Source: Octopus bimaculoides
Lineage: Eukaryota
Direction of reading: 5' to 3'
Assembly (NCBI RefSeq): GCF_001194135.2
Contig: NC_068998.1
Coordinates: 51,158,221 to 51,206,122, forward strand
DNA: 47,902 bases
Shown here: positions 39,406 through 47,902 of the stretch, one piece after another
Layout: each line of letters starts with the position of its first letter
How positions within the stretch are numbered: position 1 is the stretch's first letter
Position numbers and translations under genes: made by a program
Notes under the pieces: generated by a model
Databases searched by the model: none
Told to the model about the DNA's origin: nothing
The model's input: the letters and a program-made list of their open reading frames with translations, nothing else

Positions 39406-40160
39406 CGGTGACAGCGTAACCGTCGTGAGAAAATTTCAGAAATTGGTCGACAGCCTAGATTAATAGTCACGAAGTGTTTTGTTGTATTGCGTCAAATGGA
39501 GTATATANNNNNNNNNNNNNNNNNNNNNNNNNNNNNNNNNNNNNNNNNNNNNNNNNNNNNNNNNNNNNNNNNNNNNNNNNNNNNNNNNNNNNNNNNNNNN
39601 NNNNNNNNNNNNNNNNNNNNNNNNNNNNNNNNNNNNNNNNNNNNNNNNNNNNNNNNNNNNNNNNNNNNNNNNNNNNNNNNNNNNNNNNNNNNNNNNNNNN
39701 NNNNNNNNNNNNNNNNNNNNNNNNNNNNNNNNNNNNNNNNNNNNNNNNNNNNNNNNNNNNNNNNNNNNNNNNNNNNNNNNNNNNNNNNNNNNNNNNNNNN
39801 NNNNNNNNNNNNNNNNNNNNNNNNNNNNNNNNNNNNNNNNNNNNNNNNNNNNNNNNNNNNNNNNNNNNNNNNNNNNNNNNNNNNNNNNNNNNNNNNNNNN
39901 NNNNNNNNNNNNNNNNNNNNNNNNNNNNNNNNNNNNNNNNNNNNNNNNNNNNNNNNNNNNNNNNNNNNNNNNNNNNNNNNNNNNNNNNNNNNNNNNNNNN
40001 NNNNNNNNNNNNNNNNNNNNNNNNNNNNNNNNNNNNNNNNNNNNNNNNNNNNNNNNNNNNNNNNNNNNNNNNNNNNNNNNNNNNNNNNNNNNNNNNNNNN
40101 NNNNNNNNNNNNNNNNNNNNNNNNNNNNNNNNNNNNNNNNNNNNNNNNNNNNNNNNNNNN

Positions 40161-40193
<33 letters not shown>

Positions 40194-40195
40194 GA

Positions 40196-40226
<31 letters not shown>

Positions 40227-40550
40227 CCATGATTTACTGAAATTCATGCATTAGGCTGTTAAAAAATTTATGTCATAATGTATCATGGGACCCGCTCGAT
40301 CTGTGATGAACTGGGACTGCAGAACAACAACAAACAACCATTACAACAGCCATAACTAACCACGGCGCCTTCTAAATTCAACGACTTTAGTCAAATTAGC
40401 CTAAACTTCTTACTAAACCAACCAACGAAACTTGAAAACTTTAATGAATTGTTTGAGTTGAAAGCCACATAAGATGATTTACCGTATTTGAATAAGTTTC
40501 TACGTCGTAGTTTGTAAAGAAATGTAATCTGTCGGACTCTGCTGTGCTCT

Positions 40551-40762
40551 TTCACCACAACTTTCTCTTACTCTTTCTTCCTGTATTTCAAAGGGCCAGC
40601 CTTGTCACACTGTGGGTCACGCTGAATTTCCCCGAGAACTACATTAAGGGTACACATGTCTGCGGAATGCTCAACCACTTGCACGTTAATATTTCAGAAG
40701 CATGCTGTTCCGTTGATCGGATCAACTCGAACCCTCGTCGTCGTAACCGCCGGAGTGCCACG
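40551..40762 (+). mobile_element. 5'-truncated copy of the family C SINE (same family as 2938-3329)
   Basis: TTCACCACAACTTTCTCT...CAAAGGGCCAGCCTTGTCACACTG...CCCCGAGAACTAC...GTTGATCGGATCAACTCGAACCCTCGTCGTCGTAACCG; collinear with the reverse complement of 2950-3175. Confidence 0.9.
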
Positions 40763-40801
<39 letters not shown>

Positions 40802-41527
40802 ATAAATGTATGTCTGTACGAATTCCATCACAGAGCGATACGATCTAATCACAATGCATTAACCACGTAATGTCCTCTTTACAAATATTCTATATTCAAA
40901 CGAAAGAATATAAAATTGCTATTCTTAATGTTTAGTGCTTTTTCCTTCTTTGTCTTTTTATCAACATGGCGGAAAACAACAGTAAATGGAGATCAAATAT
41001 GTAAATTGTCTTTAACTGCCCCGTTCTTTTGATGGTTTACATGTATTATTTTACAGAACGAATTACTCGGAGAAAGTTTAGCTGTGTCAATAAATGAATT
41101 GATGTTAGCGAAGGAAATAAACGGGAGGGGAAGGCGGAGTCTGAGGATGATGGAATGGACGTGAGGACGAAGACGTTGATGGAGTAAAGGAAGGAATAAA
41201 CGATGGAGACAAGTATATATAAATAGAGAGAGAAGTGTGGGTAGTGGTAGGAGTGGGCTTGATGTAAGACAAGCAGTTAATGGCGAATTATCAAGGGAGG
41301 CGGAGGGAGGTGCGTTCCTGCGAGAGTGTGTGTGTGTATGAGGAAGAATGTGTGTGTGTGTGTATGAGAGTGTATACATGTGAGAGACAGCATGCACGTG
41401 TGAGAGAGAGAGCGTACGTGTGTAAGAAAGACTGTATTCGAGAGAGAATGTAAGTGTGAGAATGTGTGGGGGGACAGAGACTGTACGTGTGTGTTAGAGA
41501 TTGGATGTATATACCTAAGCGAGCTAT

Positions 41528-41780
41528 TCTTTCATGCTTTTCCTTGTTCCAGTTATTGGACTGCGGCCATGCTGTAGCCCCGCCTTGAAGGGGTTTAGTC
41601 GGACAAATGGAGCTTAGTGCATACTCTGTCCCTTTTGCCGAACAGCTAAGTTACAGGGACGTAAACACATCATCACCAGACCTTGCGCTGAACGAACACA
41701 AAGACACGAACACACATATGCAACACATATATACGACAGGCTTTCAAACAGTCTCCATCTATTTCATTCACAAGGGATTT
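41528..41780 (-). mobile_element. Degenerate SINE family B 3' two-thirds
   Basis: GACTGCGGCCATGCTG...TTTTGCCGAACAGCTAAGTTACAGGGACGTAAACAC...TACGACAGGCTTTC matches 34935-35150. Confidence 0.8.
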
Positions 41781-41897
41781 AGCTTACGTGTGTGACAGAA
41801 AGATTGTGTGTATGTGTGTGTGTGTGTGTGTACATACATAAAGAAATTCTATCCACCAATGCGGTTTGAGCACTCTTTTCATCGTTCGACATTTACG

Positions 41898-41944
<47 letters not shown>

Positions 41945-42236
41945 NNNNNNNNNNNNNNNNNNNNNNNNNNNNNNNNNNNNNNNNNNNNNNNNNNNNNNNN
42001 NNNNNNNNNNNNNNNNNNNNNNNNNNNNNNNNNNNNNNNNNNNNNNNNNNNNNNNNNNNNNNNNNNNNNNNNNNNNNNNNNNNNNNNNNNNNNNNNNNNN
42101 NNNNNNNNNNNNNNNNNNNNNNNNNNNNNNNNNNNNNNNNNNNNNNNNNNNNNNNNNNNNNNNNNNNNNNNNNNNNNNNNNNNNNNNNNNNNNNNNNNNN
42201 NNNNNNNNNNNNNNNNNNNNNNNNNNNNNNNNNNNN

Positions 42237-42269
<33 letters not shown>

Positions 42270-42875
42270 GCATGTATATATATCGTGTGAATATGAGAGT
42301 ATAAGTAGTTGCAATCAGACAGTCTCAGACAACAAAAAGACAATTCAAAACAATACAATAGTTCGATCTGCATTTCCTAAACCCGATACAGAATATTTTT
42401 TGCATGAATGAACTGCTAATTGATGATAAAGCACAAAAGTGTTTAACTAATTAAATGTAAAGGCGTGTAAAATTGTTCAGCTCTTGCTAATTGGAAGATT
42501 TTTAATGTGGTTACTGATTAACGACGTATAAATTAAACGTAGACAATTTTTGTTATTATTATTATTCGTTCAGATTATAGTTTGACATACAACGTGTGAA
42601 CTGATGCTTAGCAGAAATTGCGATTTTCATATTATGTAGGTTATTCTATATGCTGGTTATTCATAATTATTATTTAGATATATTTCATAAATGGGTTTGT
42701 GGCTATTTGAGCGTACGTATATGTGCGTATACGTATGAACACATGCACAGATATAAAATATACGTGCACATTCATATTCATACTTATATAGTGGTACATT
42801 GAAACATATACTTATATTTATGCATGATACATGCACATGCATAATGCATGCTCATATACACACACATACACCAAT

Positions 42876-42906
<31 letters not shown>

Positions 42907-42918
42907 TGCATATATACA

Positions 42919-42956
<38 letters not shown>

Positions 42957-42975
42957 TAGATGATAATGGATAGTA

Positions 42976-43525
42976 TATTGGGTGATCCCATTAATAATCC
43001 GTGTGTTTTATACTTGATTTATTTTTGCAAAATTAATATAAACAAAGTTTTTTAATATACTCCTCTCCTTCATTTTCTACAATGCTCTTCCATCTATTTC
43101 GTAGGCTTTCAAGGCCCCTCTTCCAAAATTCACTTAACTGTGACGAAAAATACTCCACCAGTTCTGTTCTGACCTCGTCTACAGAATTCATATTTTTTTC
43201 CTTCCTAATGATTTTGAAGACTGCAGGACACATGATAATCAGATGGGGTAATGTCCGGCGAATATGGTGAGTGGGGCATCGTTTCTCATTCAAACTGATC
43301 GAGTCTTTGGAATATTATCCTCGCTGTATGTGGCCGAGTATTATCCTGATGGAAGAACACCTTCCGTCTTGAAATCAAAGATGGTCGTTTTTCTTCTAGC
43401 GCTTACTTAAGCCGCTCAAGCTGTTCGCAGTAAATCTCCTTTGTTATCTTTTAGTTTGGGTTTAAAAGTTCAAACTGGACTAAAACTTTCATATCCCACC
43501 AAACATATAACAACACCTTCTGCTC
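42976..43525 (-). mobile_element. Mariner (D,D34D) transposon remnant: 3' half of the transposase plus the 3' TIR
   Basis: QKVLLYVWWDMKVLVQFELLNPN*KITKEIYCEQLERLK*ALEEKRPS / RRKVFFHQDNTRPHTARIIFQRLDQFE*ETMPHSPYSPDITPSDYHV / VDEVRTELVEYFSSQLSEFWKRGLESLRNRWKSIVENEGEEYI. The end TATTGGGTGATCCCATTAATAATCCG is preceded by TA (42974-42975). Confidence 0.93.
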
Positions 43526-43659
43526 TTTGCTTCCTGGGTTCCAATCCTAGCGAGAGCAACTGTTATTTGGAGAGGACAGGGCATTATATGATCTAGGAAC
43601 GTTTTCATCCCTAAAGATAAAAATGACAATTCCATTTAATTCTAATTACATCAATATCG

Positions 43660-44055
43660 CTCTTAGTTGTTCTCTTTCTTTTTCTTCTATAATTTCCATT
43701 TGTTTCCATCATGTCAGACTGTATCAAACAATAGTTGTTCTCGTCACTCCATTGCTACCATCTTCGGCACATTTTCCTCTCTTTATCTCTACTAACCTCT
43801 TTCTTTCCAGTCTTTCTCTTTGCCTTCCTACTACCACTCTCTTTCTTTCCCGTCTCTCTTTTATTAAACAGCTTCTCATTGAAGCTGCCCTTTGTAAATT
43901 GTTTTCTATTTTCATCCTCTTCTCTCTCCACCTCTTATCGCTGTCTCTCGCCATTTTTTAACCTCTCCTCTATCGCGCCCTTGTTATATCTCTGTCTGTC
44001 TTTCTCCCTTTCACTCTCTTTCTCTCTTTCTCTCTCTCTTTCTCTTTCTCATCAA
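43660..44055. repeat. CT-rich low-complexity tract
   Basis: Strong pyrimidine bias and decayed (CT)n/(CTTT)n. Confidence 0.8.
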
Positions 44056-44154
44056 TTCCAATATATTCAAGATACCAATGAGTAACTGGCATCTCTTAGA
44101 TTCCACTTCAGATAAGCCACAACTTATTTGAATACACACCTCTTTGAATGTGCT

Positions 44155-44264
44155 TCCCACCACCACCACCACCACCGCCGCCGCCACCATCCCCACCACC
44201 ACTACCACCACCACCACCATCACCTCTTTTGCTACAGCCACCAGACAAATGAAAATTGCCTTGC

Positions 44265-44298
<34 letters not shown>

Positions 44299-44300
44299 TG
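44155..44300. repeat. (CAC)n and (AAT)n trinucleotide tracts
   Basis: Read directly. Confidence 0.93.
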
Positions 44301-44602
44301 TATCAAATTTTACCATAAGGGCAGCAGTTTTGAGGGAGGGAATGAGTCGATTACATCGACCCCAGGGTTAATAATGAAAATAATAATACTTTCTACTACA
44401 GGGACAAAGCTTGGAAATTTGTGCGAGATCGTTAGTTGATAATCTTGATCCAAGTGTTCCTCTGCTGTTCTATTTGACTTAGCCAAAAAGAATGTCAGGC
44501 AAAGTCGACTTGGGGTGAATTTGAACCCCGAGCGTAAAGAACCGGAAAAAACGCCGATAGACATTATATGAAACGCAGCAACGATTCAGCTAGCTCGATG
44601 CC
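44300..44602 (-). mobile_element. SINE family A: one near-complete copy followed by a second tail, each ending in (ATT)n
   Basis: GCAAAGTCGACTTGGGGTGAATTTGAACCCCGAGCGTAAAGAAC is the reverse complement of the family A B-box region. GAGTCGATTACATCGACCCCAG (44343-44364) is the reverse complement of the family A tail. Confidence 0.8.
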
Positions 44603-44786
44603 AGCAATAACAACAACAATAAAATCACTACAGACTTAACTGCCAACAAATCAAAATCTTTGGCAATTAAAGAAAGATTTAAACCCGACTTGGAACAATG
44701 AATATTTAATAGAGTGGTCCATATTTTCAACTCGGCTGTTTGAGAAAAGAAAGAAAGAAAGAAAGAAAGAAAGAGACAGAGAGACA

Positions 44787-44829
<43 letters not shown>

Positions 44830-45819
44830 AGAGATGAAATGAGAGACTGCCGACAGGAAAAAAATCTTGTTTTTCTTTTTTTTTTACCTCCAATTCAAAC
44901 CTGATCGCACATGTCTACAATAAAACATAATCCTCCTTTTACCANNNNNNNNNNNNNNNNNNNNNNNNNNNNNNNNNNNNNNNNNNNNNNNNNNNNNNNN
45001 NNNNNNNNNNNNNNNNNNNNNNNNNNNNNNNNNNNNNNNNNNNNNNNNNNNNNNNNNNNNNNNNNNNNNNNNNNNNNNNNNNNNNNNNNNNNNNNNNNNN
45101 NNNNNNNNNNNNNNNNNNNNNNNNNNNNNNNNNNNNNNNNNNNNNNNNNNNNNNNNNNNNNNNNNNNNNNNNNNNNNNNNNNNNNNNNNNNNNNNNNNNN
45201 NNNNNNNNNNNNNNNNNNNNNNNNNNNNNNNNNNNNNNNNNNNNNNNNNNNNNNNNNNNNNNNNNNNNNNNNNNNNNNNNNNNNNNNNNNNNNNNNNNNN
45301 NNNNNNNNNNNNNNNNNNNNNNNNNNNNNNNNNNNNNNNNNNNNNNNNNNNNNNNNNNNNNNNNNNNNNNNNNNNNNNNNNNNNNNNNNNNNNNNNNNNN
45401 NNNNNNNNNNNNNNNNNNNNNNNNNNNNNNNNNNNNNNNNNNNNNNNNNNNNNNNNNNNNNNNNNNNNNNNNNNNNNNNNNNNNNNNNNNNNNNNNNNNN
45501 NNNNNNNNNNNNNNNNNNNNNNNNNNNNNNNNNNNNNNNNNNNNNNNNNNNNNNNNNNNNNNNNNNNNNNNNNNNNNNNNNNNNNNNNNNNNNNNNNNNN
45601 NNNNNNNNNNNNNNNNNNNNNNNNNNNNNNNNNNNNNNNNNNNNNNNNNNNNNNNNNNNNNNNNNNNNNNNNNNNNNNNNNNNNNNNNNNNNNNNNNNNN
45701 NNNNNNNNNNNNNNNNNNNNNNNNNNNNNNNNNNNNNNNNNNNNNNNNNNNNNNNNNNNNNNNNNNNNNNNNNNNNNNNNNNNNNNNNNNNNNNNNNNNN
45801 NNNNNNNNNNNNNNNNNNN

Positions 45820-45875
<56 letters not shown>

Positions 45876-46669
45876 ATGTGTAGGTAGGTAGGTAGGTAAT
45901 TAAGTAGGTAGGCAAATGGTAATATTTATGGATGTTCTGTTATAAAAAAGTATACGATGGTAGAAAAAAAAAAGTCAGTCATAGTTTAGCCAATGAAATC
46001 CTCCGCATCAGACTTAACAATGGTTAACGTAATAACAACGCCGTCTTAACTAACGGTTTAATTTCAAGTCTGTACTGTAGTGACTAGAAAGTGATGAAAG
46101 GGATGAAGTGTAGTGAAACAGGCGCAGCTAATTTTCATGCCATTAGAGGAAGGAAAAAAAAAACATAGCAAATTATTAGTGCATTTCAGATAATCAATTC
46201 AGTCGCCCCAGTAGAGACTTGATTAATTGGTTTACATCATAAACTGGTCTTCTGCTAAAATGAAACGAAATCGTTATTAGTACAGGCGAGTTGATTGCGG
46301 TAATAAAGCACCTGGTCGACTAAATTAGGCACCTCGTGATGCTTCTGATCAAATACGGGTTGTGAGAGAGATCGATAAAGTAAGTATATTAATACAACTA
46401 GATAGAAATGTTAGTCTGGTACATTAGAGATCAATATTTAATCAGGCAGTAATTAAAAGCCATGAATTCTCGGATTTTGTTTTTTTACGTTGAAGAAAAG
46501 AAAAAAACAAGGGTGAAACGTAACATTAAAAGATATAAAAAAATTAAATCAAATAAAAATCAAATAAAATATACAACCTCTTTTATGGTCGTGAAAAATA
46601 TGGCGTCCTTTCTGAACTCGACCTTCTCCTCCGCCATCGCCATATCTACCTTCACCTATTTTCACCCAT

Positions 46670-46671
46670 CG

Positions 46672-46725
<54 letters not shown>

Positions 46726-46790
46726 CTACCTTCAGCATTATCAGTCATGACAGAGGCCACAGCTTTGCTATAACGACGACAACCAACATT

Positions 46791-46829
<39 letters not shown>

Positions 46830-46830
46830 G
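46670..46830. repeat. Two (CAT)n tracts
   Basis: Read directly. Confidence 0.95.
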
Positions 46831-46939
46831 AAATTATCGGCTCAGTCATCATTTTCCCAGGATGTTCACAGTAAAAGTGGAAATCGAACATCGAACGCTC
46901 AACAGCTGTGGTAAGGGAAACAAGTGATAGCATCATTAA

Positions 46940-47235
46940 AGCAAGGAGGAGGAAGAAGAGGAGGAGGAGGAGAACGACGACAACGACGAAAACGATGAAG
47001 AAAAAAGAAAACGAAGGAGGAGGATGAGGAGGAGAAAAGAAATAGAGAATGATGAAGAAGAAAGGAAAACCATGAGGAACAAGTAAAAGAGGATGAAGAA
47101 GAAAATAGAGAACGCAAGGAGAAAAAAGGGGGGTAAGAGACGGAGGTAAGGAGGAGCAGGAGAAAGGGGTGGGGTGGAAAGAAGGGGGAAATGAAAGAGT
47201 GAAGAGAAGGAGAAGTAATAAAAGAAAAGGAAACA
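46940..47235. repeat. GA-rich low-complexity tract
   Basis: Strong purine bias, (GAG/GAA)n decay. Confidence 0.8.
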
Positions 47236-47249
47236 AAACGCTAATACCA

Positions 47250-47393
47250 GTTACTACTACTACCCCTACTACCACCACTACTACCACCACTACTACCACC
47301 ACTACTACCACCACTACTACTAACACCACTCCTACTACCACTAATACGACCACCACTACTACCACCNNNNNNNNNNNNNNNNNNNNNNNNNNN

Positions 47394-47431
<38 letters not shown>

Positions 47432-47788
47432 TTACTACTACTACTATTACTACTACTACTACTACTACTAAAACAATAACAACAACAATAACACCTCACC
47501 CCCACCACTACCACCCACACAAACAACAACAGCAACAATGGCCCCATCTACTGAGAGCATCAAAGAAATCGATATTACGCCGAAGATGGAAACAAAATTT
47601 GATTCCCAATATCTTCTTCTTTGTAGTTTTTACGAATTTCATTTTTTTTTTGCAGACTTTTATCTGCTTTCTTTTTTNNNNNNNNNNCACCACTACTACC
47701 ACCACTACTACCACCACTACTACCACCACTACTACTAACACCACTCCTACTACCACTAATACGACCACCACTACTACCACCACCACTC

Positions 47789-47827
<39 letters not shown>

Positions 47828-47902
47828 TTACTACTACTACTATTACTACTACTACTACTACTACTAAAACAATAACAACAACAATAACACCTCACCCCCA
47901 CC
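47250..47902. repeat. (ACC/ACT)n low-complexity block present twice, separated by short gaps
   Basis: 47270-47366 and 47394-47513 recur essentially identically at 47688-47902. Confidence 0.85.

Overview
Repeat-dense, AT-rich animal genomic DNA with 13 assembly gaps (about 3.8 kb of N). The microsatellite load and SINE families look like an octopus (coleoid cephalopod) draft assembly; that is inferred from recognising repeat families, not from a search. I can identify no intact host protein-coding gene, tRNA, rRNA or CRISPR array. Nearly all ORFs in the track are microsatellite or N-gap artefacts. The recognisable content is decayed mobile DNA: an RTE-clade LINE 3' end, three different restriction-like-endonuclease (RLE, R2-superfamily) non-LTR remnants (two abutting pure (AAT)n arrays), an internally deleted Ty3/Gypsy with PPT and 3' LTR, two distinct Penelope-like remnants, a mariner with one TIR, a probable Tc1 N-terminus, and about 20 copies of three tRNA-derived SINE families, one full-length with an 8-bp TSD. 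Several repeat-free blocks could be regulatory, and there are a few weak exon or promoter candidates. I found no convincing new biological system. The best lead is apparent (AAT)n-microsatellite targeting by RLE retrotransposons.
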